Assembly: GCA_964576435.1 (NCBI GenBank)
Contig: CAZNUP010000001.1
Location: forward strand, 226,345-290,344
DNA: 64,000 bases
Source of the DNA: an uncultured Gammaproteobacteria bacterium
GTDB taxonomy: Bacteria > Patescibacteriota > Microgenomatia > JAMCZE01
Reading direction: 5' to 3'
A program made the translations under genes and the position numbers. Positions 41,561 to 50,936 of this stretch are shown in pieces. Numbering within the stretch: position 1 is the stretch's first letter; each line of letters opens with the position of its first letter. The notes beneath the pieces are model-generated. The model searched no databases, was not told the DNA's origin, and was given only the letters and a program-made list of their open reading frames with translations.

Positions 41561-41900
41561 TGTTGTCCAAATATCTCTGTAAAATGATTGCTGCCGCTTT
41601 TTGATGATCATTTTTGCTATTTCCTGCTTCAATTGAGCTCAATGTTTCATCAACAAACTTCACTGGCAATCTTAACACATGTTCTAATTCCTTTCCAAAA
41701 TCCATTGCGTTTTGCGCACTCTTTCCCTCAGAAACACCAATCACAATTGTTTCGATGTAAAGTTTTTTACAGACTTCATCAATCTGTTTGATGGCTCCAT
41801 TTTGGTCCTTAACTGTGAGTGTAGAATATGGCTCTGCTAGCATTCCTTCTGAAGTTGCTAGTCCAATGTGGGCAAGGCCAAAGTCGATACCTAAAATCAT
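41553..41900 (-). CDS. ruvX: YqgF/RuvX family nuclease
   Basis: ILGIDFG..IGLA, VDETLSS, D..AAAIILQRYL. Confidence 0.9.
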   Translation of the reverse strand: MILGIDFGLAHIGLATSEGMLAEPYSTLTVKDQNGAIKQIDEVCKKLYIETIVIGVSEGKSAQNAMDFGKELEHVLRLPVKFVDETLSSIEAGNSKNDHQKAAAIILQRYLDNNG

Positions 41901-42679
41901 ATTTCAGCAAGCCTTCCTCTAATTATTCCTCGTTGCCAAACAGTTCCAGGTGGAACGCAAGTAATGAGGGTTATATAGGCAGAATCAAATCTTTGTTCCA
42001 AAACTGACAGATCAGTTGGTTGTACTACCGTCTTATCAATTACTTCATATTTATATCTCACTCCGTCAAAATCAACAAAAATTTCATCGCCCATTGTCAA
42101 ATCCATTAGGTGAGTAAAAATCCCTGAATAATCTTTTGGATTAGCAAATTGAGGAAGCTCTGAATGTCCAAAGATAATATTGTTTCCAAACTGTCCAGGT
42201 AGTGGTGACGTCGGCCAGCCAATAAGTGATTTCTTAAGATCCGATCCACCTGCTTCAACAATTGCTTGGTCGATACCAACTTTTGGAATTGATAAGTTAT
42301 AAATTTTTATAGCTGAAGTTCCAAGCGTTGGACTATTTGGTTTAGCTCCAACAAACCAAGTTTTTGCATCAAACGATGAACTTGGTGATTTTGGTAATGT
42401 TGCTGCCGATTCACTAACTGCAAAAACCTGGCCCTTAGATCTAAATTCAGATGACAAAGGGGATTGTATTTTTGCACTATACCCAGGAAGAACAAACACA
42501 TACCATTGGGCAAGTGGATAGGCAACAACTCCGAGGAGAAGAAGCCCTGCTAGAAAAAAACTAGCAGAAAACATCATCAAAAACTTCCTTGGCACCTTTT
42601 TCTTTTGTGCACTAGGTGAGGGAAGTCGTGACAAAACACTATTCTTATTTTTCTTTTTAACGTAAACGTAAAGTGCCAT
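41897..42679 (-). CDS. sortase
   Basis: N-terminal TM, LSIPKVGI, IFGHS, ITLITC and a downstream Arg (His-Cys-Arg triad). Confidence 0.9.
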   Translation of the reverse strand: MALYVYVKKKNKNSVLSRLPSPSAQKKKVPRKFLMMFSASFFLAGLLLLGVVAYPLAQWYVFVLPGYSAKIQSPLSSEFRSKGQVFAVSESAATLPKSPSSSFDAKTWFVGAKPNSPTLGTSAIKIYNLSIPKVGIDQAIVEAGGSDLKKSLIGWPTSPLPGQFGNNIIFGHSELPQFANPKDYSGIFTHLMDLTMGDEIFVDFDGVRYKYEVIDKTVVQPTDLSVLEQRFDSAYITLITCVPPGTVWQRGIIRGRLAEI

Positions 42680-42680
42680 A

Positions 42681-44918
42681 TTAGTTTTTTACAATGACAA
42701 CATTAATGTTTTCACTGCGAAGTGGCAATAACATACTTGTCAGTGGGCTGAAAAACCCAGGAGTAACTTCATATCTCACATCAGAAATTCCAGGTGTCTT
42801 TTTAATTAAAGCTGTTGCTGCAGATTCATTTTTTCCCGCTATCTCCGATGCAATTTGAGATGGATTAGTCTTTGGAACAAGCGGCGCTGAAAGTTGTAAG
42901 TCTAAAGTGGTATTTTCATTTTTATCAGTTTTTGCCTCAACCACTGATACGCTAGCATCATCATTAACTAATTCGTATCCTTCAGGAATATCAGAGCTGA
43001 ATTTATCTTTAAAAAGTTTAATTACATCATCTTGAGAAAAAACCACTCCTTCAAAATCCATTGTTAAATCTAAACTTACGGTATCACCTTCAGCATCAAT
43101 ATCTTTAGAGAATTTTTTCTTTGATACTGTCGAGGTTACAGCTTTTGGTAAAAGCTGTTGATCGGCATCTAGTTTTGCTTGTAGATCAACAAGCGCTTTC
43201 TCAGAAAGTTCTGCTGATAAACTGGCCATTAGTCTGTCCTGGTCAGCTTTTGTCACAACGGTAGCCATATGACTTTCTCCACCAGTTAGTGCCGATTCAT
43301 TTTTGGCTAAGTAGTTTTGTGATGCGTCTCCAATTGAAAACTTAGTTCCAGAAGCAAGGTTGAATGAGTCACCAATGTTTGCAGCTTCAACTGGGGCAGT
43401 CACCGTTGCCGCTGATACTGCATCTCCAGAAGCAACTGACACATCTTTAGTCAGTGTAAATTTAAGTCCACTTGGGGAAGTTAAAACCGTGCCTTCGTCG
43501 AAACTTCTACCTTCAGATACACTATATATAGTAACGTTGCCTTTAGCTTTTTTCCCAACAAGCTTCTCGCCAGTTGCCACGCTTCTTTTGGTTCCAATTT
43601 CAGAAGCTTCCACAAAGCTTGCTGCCACAGTTTCATCAACACCTTCTATTTCTTCACCGTTTGAAATCCCAACAGTCATATCTTTATTAAACTCCTGGCT
43701 ATCAACGGTGGTAATAACATTAACCTTTGGGACAAAATACCAACTAGCTGCAACTCCTCCAATAATAAGTACTAGTAAAACCAGTCCGATCGGTACAATT
43801 TTTGGTATCCCGCGGGTTTTCTTAGCTGTCGCTGTTTCAATTTCTGACCCCACTTTTTTCTTTGGAATTAAAGATTTAATAAATGCGCCAATCCCTGCGA
43901 ACATAGCAAAAGGTGCTACCTTTTCTCTTTTTTCTTCCTGTTTCTCCTCATCTATTACGAGTGGTGCCTCATTGGGTTCAACTTCAGTGACAAAGCCTGC
44001 TTCCTCAGGACTAACCTCCATAAGTTCTGGAGATGATTCTTCAACAGCGTTCTCTAAATGTTCTTCAGGTGTTTGCTCCTGCTCTTTAATTGCAACAGCA
44101 GCGGCAGCCACTGGAACGGTATGATCTGATTCCATTCCATCACTAAGTGTCAACTTTCCCCCCATTTGCATCCCTCCTGCAGCTGAAACTGCTTTGACAA
44201 CAAACTCTGAAGATACAGTCTCAACTTTTGGAAAATGTAGAAATGGTAATCTCCCCGTCCATGGGTAAGCTGTTATCTCATTTGCCGTTTTAGAAAGATC
44301 ACTATCTCCGTCATAAAGAATGATTCGTGACGGGAGCGCATCTATATGTCTAAATTCTTTAAGAGCCTTTTCAATTTCTGCTGGCATTGCAAGGTTTGAA
44401 GAAGGAACTTTGTCAATTGTCATTGTCCCAATTTCTTTTCCAGCTTTGTAAACTGTAATAGATACCTTTTTGCCATCAAGTCCCACTAATATTGCAGATA
44501 GTGGTGCTCCCTCAGTTTCTTTGAAATATTGCTCCAAAGCTTCTGAAACAACTACATACCCAAGAGGAGAAAAATCTAATTCCTTACATAGTCTTCTAAG
44601 TTTGGTTAGTTCCTCGTGGTCAATATTTCCATCAGCCGCATACTCAAGAGGAACTGCAAAAATTACTTTAGTAATGTCAGGATAATCAATCGAAGCATTA
44701 GTAACGGCTTTATCAACCGCATGAAGTAGTCCATCAAAATTGTTTGTTAAAATTTTTTCGGATTCTACTTTGCCAATTTGCACTGACCCTTTTTCAACTG
44801 ACCAGACAGTTGCAGACACGCTATGTTGAGAAATTTTAACCGCTAAGAAATGTTCCACTGGCTCTTCTTTTGAGCCAAATCTATTTGCAATAGGAGAAAA
44901 AACCTTTGAGAGGTCCAT
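42681..44918 (-). CDS. large bitopic membrane protein with baseplate-J-like C-terminal region
   Basis: Cytoplasmic N-domain, acidic linker, one TM, then KAKGNVTIY..GTVL..GLKFTL..VEAANIGDSFN..ALTGG..VTKAD pattern typical of baseplate J-like domains. Start at MDLSKVF. Confidence 0.65.
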   Translation of the reverse strand: MDLSKVFSPIANRFGSKEEPVEHFLAVKISQHSVSATVWSVEKGSVQIGKVESEKILTNNFDGLLHAVDKAVTNASIDYPDITKVIFAVPLEYAADGNIDHEELTKLRRLCKELDFSPLGYVVVSEALEQYFKETEGAPLSAILVGLDGKKVSITVYKAGKEIGTMTIDKVPSSNLAMPAEIEKALKEFRHIDALPSRIILYDGDSDLSKTANEITAYPWTGRLPFLHFPKVETVSSEFVVKAVSAAGGMQMGGKLTLSDGMESDHTVPVAAAAVAIKEQEQTPEEHLENAVEESSPELMEVSPEEAGFVTEVEPNEAPLVIDEEKQEEKREKVAPFAMFAGIGAFIKSLIPKKKVGSEIETATAKKTRGIPKIVPIGLVLLVLIIGGVAASWYFVPKVNVITTVDSQEFNKDMTVGISNGEEIEGVDETVAASFVEASEIGTKRSVATGEKLVGKKAKGNVTIYSVSEGRSFDEGTVLTSPSGLKFTLTKDVSVASGDAVSAATVTAPVEAANIGDSFNLASGTKFSIGDASQNYLAKNESALTGGESHMATVVTKADQDRLMASLSAELSEKALVDLQAKLDADQQLLPKAVTSTVSKKKFSKDIDAEGDTVSLDLTMDFEGVVFSQDDVIKLFKDKFSSDIPEGYELVNDDASVSVVEAKTDKNENTTLDLQLSAPLVPKTNPSQIASEIAGKNESAATALIKKTPGISDVRYEVTPGFFSPLTSMLLPLRSENINVVIVKN

Positions 44919-44957
44919 AAAGGTAGAGTAGCATAAATAAAGGGTATAATTAAAGAC

Positions 44958-45905
44958 ATGGTTAAAGTTGAAACCAAAGAAGATAGTTTTGATAAATATG
45001 CTGACCATATAACCCAAAGTTGGGTTTGGGGTGAATTTCGTTCCAAAACTCCCTCCATTAAAAAAGTTTTGCGACTATCTGCCGGCAAAAAAGTCTGGCA
45101 AATATTTTTTTCTAGGGTCCCAAAAACTAACTTTACTGTTGCCTACCTGCCAAGAGTAACTCCACCAACGGTTGAGGAATTGGAAGAACTTAAAAAATAT
45201 TGCAAAGCTGAAAAAGCTCTTTTCCTAAAAATTGAACCATTAGAAGAAGCCTGCTATGGTTTACCATCAAAATCAATTCTTCCAAGACATACTATTTATT
45301 TAGATCTAAAAAAGACTGAAAACGAGCTCCTAAAAGAAATGCACGAAAAGACTCGTTACAACATTAGACTTGCCGAGAAAAAGCACGTTGTAGTTAAAGA
45401 AGAGTCAACCTCAGAAGATCTTGACAGGTTTATTGCTCTTTTAGAATCAACCGAAAACCGCCAAGGGTTCTATTCGCACTATCCTGAATATTACAGACAA
45501 ATGTGGTCAACATTGAGACCTAAAAATATGGTCTACCTTCTTAATGCTTACGTAGATGGGAAACATGCGGCTGGCCTAATTCTTTTTCATTTTAAGAACA
45601 TGCTTTACTATCCTTATGGAGCTAGTAATCCTGAGTTTAGAGAATATATGGCGCCAAATCTCCTACATTGGCACGCAATTAAGTTTGGTAAAAAATTAGG
45701 ATGCACTTCATATGATCTTTGGGGTTCGTATAAAAACACTCCCACTGACAAAGATCCTTGGTGGGGTATTTACCGCTTTAAAAAAGGCTTTGGTGGAAGT
45801 GAAATAACGTTCCCAAAATCAATTGATATTCCACTCTCTCCTCTTTATAGACCATTAGTGTTGGCGGAAAGAATTCATTGGAAAATTCTCAAGCTTAAGA
45901 AATAA
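44958..45905 (+). CDS. FemAB/FemX family peptidoglycan bridge aminoacyltransferase
   Basis: QSWVWGEFR, KTRYNIRLAEK, YPYGAS, PNLLHW, YDLWG, YRFKKGFGG. Confidence 0.9.
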   Translation: MVKVETKEDSFDKYADHITQSWVWGEFRSKTPSIKKVLRLSAGKKVWQIFFSRVPKTNFTVAYLPRVTPPTVEELEELKKYCKAEKALFLKIEPLEEACYGLPSKSILPRHTIYLDLKKTENELLKEMHEKTRYNIRLAEKKHVVVKEESTSEDLDRFIALLESTENRQGFYSHYPEYYRQMWSTLRPKNMVYLLNAYVDGKHAAGLILFHFKNMLYYPYGASNPEFREYMAPNLLHWHAIKFGKKLGCTSYDLWGSYKNTPTDKDPWWGIYRFKKGFGGSEITFPKSIDIPLSPLYRPLVLAERIHWKILKLKK

Positions 45906-46684
45906 TGGACATTCGCCAATCATCAAATTACGCCTCCTACATGCGTCTAATTGGTTGGCAAATAGAAAAATTACCAGGTTGTAATATTTTTGTTAGACAT
46001 CTTCCGTTAGTCTCTTTTTTGTCAGTCGCAAAAGTGCAGCGCGCGGAAAAGGTTGATCTAGAAGCAATTAAGAAAATATCAAAAAAACACCGTTCTATTC
46101 TGACAAAAATTGAGCCATTAACTGAAATTTCTTTAAAAAAAGATAATTGGCCCCTTTTGCCTTCTAAAACATTAATTCTAGATTTAAAATCACTAAATTT
46201 ACCAAAAGACACTCGTTATGAAATAAGAAAGGCAGACAATTTAAAAGTAGAGTTGTCAACTAATATTGATTTGTTTTACAAACTTCTCGAAGAAACTATG
46301 AAAATCGGCCATTGGTCTGTGCCAATTAAAAAAGAAGTTAAAGCTCTTTGGCAAGCCTTTCAACCCAAAAACTCTCAAATTCTACTTATTCCCAATTTAG
46401 CTGCCTGTTTAATAATTTGGGAAGGAAATACCGCTCATTACATGTACGCCGCTTTGACAAAAGAAGGTAGAAAAGTGGGGGCGGCATACAAGCTTCTTTG
46501 GGAAACTATTGAGTTTTGTAAAACAAAAAATATCGACCACCTTGACCTCGAGGGAATATATGATGATAGGTACAAAAGTCAGACCAAAAACTGGCAAGGT
46601 TTTACTAAGTTCAAAATGGGCTGGAATGGCAGGGAAGTAGTCTATCCTGGAAGCTATTGCTTATATCGAGTTCCTATCATATAA
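45905..46684 (+). CDS. second FemAB-like GNAT protein
   Basis: DIRQS, DTRYEIRKA, LLWETI, LDLEG, FTKFKMGWNG; TAATG-coupled to the upstream gene. Confidence 0.8.
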   Translation: MDIRQSSNYASYMRLIGWQIEKLPGCNIFVRHLPLVSFLSVAKVQRAEKVDLEAIKKISKKHRSILTKIEPLTEISLKKDNWPLLPSKTLILDLKSLNLPKDTRYEIRKADNLKVELSTNIDLFYKLLEETMKIGHWSVPIKKEVKALWQAFQPKNSQILLIPNLAACLIIWEGNTAHYMYAALTKEGRKVGAAYKLLWETIEFCKTKNIDHLDLEGIYDDRYKSQTKNWQGFTKFKMGWNGREVVYPGSYCLYRVPII

Positions 46685-46735
46685 TATATCTCATAGCCCA
46701 AACAAGAGTAAACACTTGGGCAGGTTTTTTTTGTC
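46657..46735 (+). promoter_or_regulatory. infA promoter and hairpin leader
   Basis: TTGCTT-17-TATAAT (46657-46685); hairpin GCCCAA/TTGGGC followed by T8. Confidence 0.65.
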
Positions 46736-46747
46736 GAAAACACATAG

Positions 46748-46966
46748 ATGGCACATCAGGGAACAACAGAATTTGAAGGGGTAGTTTTAGAAAATCTACC
46801 TAACACAATGTTTAAAATTGAGCTTTCTGACGGGCGAGTTGTACTTTGTACTCTTTCCGGAAAGATGCGCATGAACTACATTAAAATTTTGCCTGGTGAC
46901 AAAGTAAGAGTCGAAATGACTCCATACGATGACACAAAAGGCCGAATAGTTTACAGATCAAAATAA
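46748..46966 (+). CDS. infA: translation initiation factor IF-1
   Basis: [29 protein letters not shown]. Confidence 0.97.
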   Translation: MAHQGTTEFEGVVLENLPNTMFKIELSDGRVVLCTLSGKMRMNYIKILPGDKVRVEMTPYDDTKGRIVYRSK

Positions 46967-46967
46967 T

Positions 46968-47081
46968 ATGAAAGTTCAAGCAAGCGTCAAACCAAGATGT
47001 ACCAAATGTAAAATCGTCAAAAGAAACGGAAGACTTTATGTTGTTTGCGAAAACCCAAGGCATAAACAACGCCAAGGATAA
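46968..47081 (+). CDS. rpmJ: 50S ribosomal protein L36 (37 aa, below ORF-track cutoff)
   Basis: [37 protein letters not shown]. Confidence 0.96.
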   Translation: MKVQASVKPRCTKCKIVKRNGRLYVVCENPRHKQRQG

Positions 47082-47086
47082 AAATT

Positions 47087-47503
47087 ATGGCAAGAATTGC
47101 TGGAATTGATCTTAATAATGAAAAACGAGTCGACATCGCTCTAACAAAGATTTTTGGTGTAGGCAGAAAAAATGTTGTTGGAATTTTGAAAAATGCCGAT
47201 GTTGAGCCACAAAAAAGAGTTAAGGATCTTCTTGAAGAAGAACTTTCAAGAATTCAAAAAGCTCTTGAAAGCATAAAGCTCGAAGGCGATTTAAGATCAG
47301 ACATCCACGCAAATATTACAACCTTAAAACAAATTGGAAGTTATAGAGGTTTAAGACACACCAGAAACTTGCCGGCAAGAGGTCAAAGAACAAAATCAAA
47401 TGCCAGAACTAAGCGCGGTAAGAGAGTCACAATCGGCGCGATCAGAAAAGAAATGGCTGAAAAACTTGGATTAAATGCTAAAGAAGAACCAAAGAAGGAG
47501 TAA
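47087..47503 (+). CDS. rpsM: 30S ribosomal protein S13
   Basis: [28 protein letters not shown]. Confidence 0.97.
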   Translation: MARIAGIDLNNEKRVDIALTKIFGVGRKNVVGILKNADVEPQKRVKDLLEEELSRIQKALESIKLEGDLRSDIHANITTLKQIGSYRGLRHTRNLPARGQRTKSNARTKRGKRVTIGAIRKEMAEKLGLNAKEEPKKE

Positions 47504-47507
47504 GCAT

Positions 47508-47927
47508 ATGCCAAAACAAAAAACAGAAAAAACAGAAAAAAAGGAAGAATCAAAAGTAGTTAAAGCTAAAACAAATAAAAATGTAGCAAGCGGTAGAGTT
47601 TATGTTACCGCTACATTTAATAACACATTAGTTACTTTAACTGATGATTCAGGTAATGCTCTTTATTCAGGAAGTTCAGGAGCATCTGGTTTTAAAGGTG
47701 CTAGAAAATCAACTCCTTTTGCAGCTACAACTGCAGTAGAAGCTGTTGGTAAAAAAGCTTGGGATTCAGGAATGCGCGAAGTTGAAGTTTATATAAAAGG
47801 TCCAGGAGCAGGAAGAGACGCAACACTAAGAGCCCTCAAAGCACTTGGTTTTGGCATAACGTTAATTGCTGACGTCACTCCAATCCCACACAATGGGCCC
47901 AGACCTAAGAAGAAAAGAAGAGTTTAA
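47508..47927 (+). CDS. rpsK: 30S ribosomal protein S11
   Basis: [28 protein letters not shown]; start at MPKQK. Confidence 0.97.
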   Translation: MPKQKTEKTEKKEESKVVKAKTNKNVASGRVYVTATFNNTLVTLTDDSGNALYSGSSGASGFKGARKSTPFAATTAVEAVGKKAWDSGMREVEVYIKGPGAGRDATLRALKALGFGITLIADVTPIPHNGPRPKKKRRV

Positions 47928-47932
47928 AGCAT

Positions 47933-48541
47933 ATGGCAAGATATAGAGGACCAAAACACAGATTAGCAAGACGAGAAGGTGTCAATATTTTGGAAAAGCA
48001 AAGCGCTTCGTTATCTCGTCGCATGGCTGTTCCACCAGGAATGCATGGTCCAAAAGGTAAATTTGGAAAAGTTTCCGATTATGGTAAACAGTTAAGAGAA
48101 AAACAAAAGGCCAAGAGAACCTATGGCCTTATGGAAAAACAATTTAGGAGCTATTTCACAAAAGGGTTAAAAGTTAAAGGAAAAACTGGCGAAGCTTTAC
48201 TTCAACTCCTCGAGAAACGCCTCGATAACACTGTATATAGATTGGGATTCTCTCCATCGAGATCGATGGCCAGACAAATGGTTTCTCATGGTCATGTTCT
48301 TGTTGACGGCAAAAGAGTCACAATCCCATCCTACAATTTAGATATTGATCAAGTTGTAACTTTGAGTCCAAAATCAATGAAAATCCCAGCAGTTGCCAAA
48401 CTTCTCGAAGGTGAAGTTGCTAATTTGCCAAGTTTCCTCGAAAGAAAAGGCGCAGCAGGCAGAATTACAAAATTGCCAAGTAGAGAAGAAATTCCAGTTG
48501 AAGTCAACGAACAGTTAATTATTGAATATTATTCAAGATAA
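47933..48541 (+). CDS. rpsD: 30S ribosomal protein S4
   Basis: LREKQK, LEKRLDN, ARQMVSHGH, IIEYYSR. Confidence 0.97.
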   Translation: MARYRGPKHRLARREGVNILEKQSASLSRRMAVPPGMHGPKGKFGKVSDYGKQLREKQKAKRTYGLMEKQFRSYFTKGLKVKGKTGEALLQLLEKRLDNTVYRLGFSPSRSMARQMVSHGHVLVDGKRVTIPSYNLDIDQVVTLSPKSMKIPAVAKLLEGEVANLPSFLERKGAAGRITKLPSREEIPVEVNEQLIIEYYSR

Positions 48542-48593
48542 CGGGTTCAAAAAAAGGAAAGTTTTTTGAATTTTTTATTTTGAACTTTAAAAA

Positions 48594-49514
48594 ATGTTAG
48601 ATCCAAATTTCAAGGTTAGGGTAGATGAACAATCCGAAGGGTTCGGAAGGTTAGTTATTGGACCACTCGATCCAGGTTATGCCCACACATTGGGTAACGC
48701 CTTGAGAAGAGTTCTTTTGTCCTCACTTCAAGGAGCCGCTGTTACAAGCGTCACCATTGATGGAGTCAAACATCAGTTCCAAACTTTAGACGGTCTCAAA
48801 GAAGACGTCATTGAGTTTGTTCTTAATTTGAAAAAATTAAGAGTCAATATTACTGATGGCAACAAGGCGGTTTTAAAACTTTCCAAAACCGGACCGGGCC
48901 AAGTTACAGCAGGCGACATTGAAGCACCATCCAATGTTGAGATCATTAATACTGATCTTTATCTGGGATCTTTGTCTGATAAAAAATCAGAATTGAATGC
49001 TGAAATCACAGTTGAAACTGGATTTGGCTATTCAATGGGCGAAGAAAGAAAAACAGGAGTCATTGGAGTTATTCCAGTTGACGCCTCATTCACTCCAATT
49101 GTTAGAGTGAACTATCGCCAGGAAGCAACCCGAGTTGGCCGAGAAACCAACCTTGATAGCTTAGTTCTTGAAATCTGGACAGATGGATCAATTTCTGGAC
49201 TCGATGCCTTAAAGCGCGCTTCCAAGATTTTGGTCTCATATTTCCTCCAGATTTATGAACCAAAAGCTGAAAGTTCTCAAGTTAGTGTTGCAGTAACACC
49301 CTCTGTTTCAGATGATGTGTTGAAGATGCTCATTGAAGAGCTCGACCTGCCAACAAGACTTGAAAATGCTCTTAAAAACGGCGGAATTGAAACCGTCGGA
49401 CAACTTCTTGGAACTCCAAGAAAAGAGCTGTTAAAGATTAAGAACTTAGGCGGCAAATCCCTTGGAATCGTCGAAGAAAAACTTCGCGAAAAAGGTGTCG
49501 CTTTAAACGTCTAA
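48594..49514 (+). CDS. rpoA: RNA polymerase alpha subunit
   Basis: TLGNALRRVLLSS, PVDASFTP, alpha-CTD KNLGGKS. Confidence 0.97.
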   Translation: MLDPNFKVRVDEQSEGFGRLVIGPLDPGYAHTLGNALRRVLLSSLQGAAVTSVTIDGVKHQFQTLDGLKEDVIEFVLNLKKLRVNITDGNKAVLKLSKTGPGQVTAGDIEAPSNVEIINTDLYLGSLSDKKSELNAEITVETGFGYSMGEERKTGVIGVIPVDASFTPIVRVNYRQEATRVGRETNLDSLVLEIWTDGSISGLDALKRASKILVSYFLQIYEPKAESSQVSVAVTPSVSDDVLKMLIEELDLPTRLENALKNGGIETVGQLLGTPRKELLKIKNLGGKSLGIVEEKLREKGVALNV

Positions 49515-49518
49515 ATCT

Positions 49519-50031
49519 ATGAAACATAGGGTTAAACATAATCAGTTAGGTAGAAACCATAACCAAAACAAAGCCTTAAAAAGAGGCCTCGTTTCTGCCG
49601 TATTTGAGTATGGGAGGATTGAAACCACCCTTGCCAAAGCTAAATTTGTAGTCCCTCATGTTGATAAAGTGATGGGTTTTGCCAAAGGCGGCGGAGTTCA
49701 TGGAAGACGCCAAATCGAAAAGATTCTTGGTAGTGACTTGTTAGTAGAGCACATCGTAAGTGAAGTAGCTCCAAAAACAGGCTCCAGGACATCTGGTTTC
49801 ACAAGAATCATAAAGACTGGTCCAAGATTTTCAGATGCAACGGATATGGCAATTTTGGAACTTGTCGATTACCAACCAGCACAAAGTTTGGTAAAAGTTG
49901 AAAAAGAAGAAGATATAAAAGAAGAAAAGAAAGCAGTCGAAAAGCCAAAGACTGAAGCTATTAAACCGCAGAAAGTCCAAAAAGCTAAACCACAAACTAC
50001 ACAAAAAATTAAAGCAGTAGGTAACAAATAA
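49519..50031 (+). CDS. rplQ: 50S ribosomal protein L17 with Lys-rich tail
   Basis: LGRN, IETTLAKAK, GFTRIIK. Confidence 0.95.
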   Translation: MKHRVKHNQLGRNHNQNKALKRGLVSAVFEYGRIETTLAKAKFVVPHVDKVMGFAKGGGVHGRRQIEKILGSDLLVEHIVSEVAPKTGSRTSGFTRIIKTGPRFSDATDMAILELVDYQPAQSLVKVEKEEDIKEEKKAVEKPKTEAIKPQKVQKAKPQTTQKIKAVGNK

Positions 50032-50035
50032 AAAT

Positions 50036-50413
50036 ATGGCAATGAATACAAAAGCATCAGATATAAAACGAGCAACTCACACAGTCGACGCCAAGGATCA
50101 AGTCCTAGGCAGACTTTCAACAAAAGTGGCCCAACTTTTAGTAGGCAAAAGTAAACCCTATTTTGTTAGGCATTTAGACTGTGGAGATTTTGTTACAGTA
50201 ACAAATGCTAAAAGCGTTAAAGTTACAGGTAAAAAAGAATCTCAAAAAGTTTATACGAGGTATTCAGGTTACCCAGCGGGTCTCAAAAAGACCACCCTTG
50301 GCGACTTGAGAAAAGATAATCCAACTGAGATAATCCACCATGCTGTTTGGGGAATGCTCCCAAACAACAAACTTAGAGACATTTGGATTACAAGATTAAA
50401 GATTGAAGCCTAA
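50036..50413 (+). CDS. rplM: 50S ribosomal protein L13
   Basis: LGRLST, DCGDFV, YSGYPAG, AVWGMLP. Confidence 0.96.
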   Translation: MAMNTKASDIKRATHTVDAKDQVLGRLSTKVAQLLVGKSKPYFVRHLDCGDFVTVTNAKSVKVTGKKESQKVYTRYSGYPAGLKKTTLGDLRKDNPTEIIHHAVWGMLPNNKLRDIWITRLKIEA

Positions 50414-50417
50414 AAAT

Positions 50418-50927
50418 ATGCCAACAAAAAAGAAAGTTGAAAAAACAGAAAAAGTAGAAAAAGTCGAAAAAGTTGAGGAAGTAAAAACCCTCAAAGAGCC
50501 AGAAAGAGGCTTCTGGCAAGCTATGGGCAGAAGAAAGACTGCTACAGCAAGAGCCAGACTTTATACAGGAGTAACAGATGTAATGGTTGGCGATAAAAAA
50601 CTCGAAAAAGGCGATGTTTACGTAAATTCTCTTCCAATTGATACCTATTTCAACGATCCATTTGCAAAAGAACAATACACAGAACTCTATAGAACAACAA
50701 ATACCATGGGTCGCTTTATAACCACAGTCAAAACAGAAGGTTCAGGCAAATCTGGCCAACTTGGTGCAACCACATTGGCAATTGCTAGAGCTTTAGTTGA
50801 AGTTGATCCAAAATTCAGAGCAACTCTTAGGAAAAAGGGTTACATGACAAGAGACCCAAGAGCTAAGGAAAGAAAGAAGCCAGGTTTAATGGGGGCAAGG
50901 AAACAAAAATCATCTCCAAAGCGTTAA
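50418..50927 (+). CDS. rpsI: 30S ribosomal protein S9
   Basis: GRRKTATAR, GSGKSGQ, TRDPRAKERKKPG. Confidence 0.96.
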   Translation: MPTKKKVEKTEKVEKVEKVEEVKTLKEPERGFWQAMGRRKTATARARLYTGVTDVMVGDKKLEKGDVYVNSLPIDTYFNDPFAKEQYTELYRTTNTMGRFITTVKTEGSGKSGQLGATTLAIARALVEVDPKFRATLRKKGYMTRDPRAKERKKPGLMGARKQKSSPKR

Positions 50928-50936
50928 AATACCTCT

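Noticed and set aside
43360-44124. 254-aa antisense ORF within the baseplate-like gene
   Set aside because: Ser/Thr-rich mirror of the sense codons, a typical antisense shadow. The same applies to the many short antisense ORFs over rpoBC, tuf and the ribosomal genes.
42681-44918. Prophage or contractile injection system
   Set aside because: Only one baseplate-like domain is present, in a membrane protein, with no sheath, tube, capsid, terminase or integrase genes.
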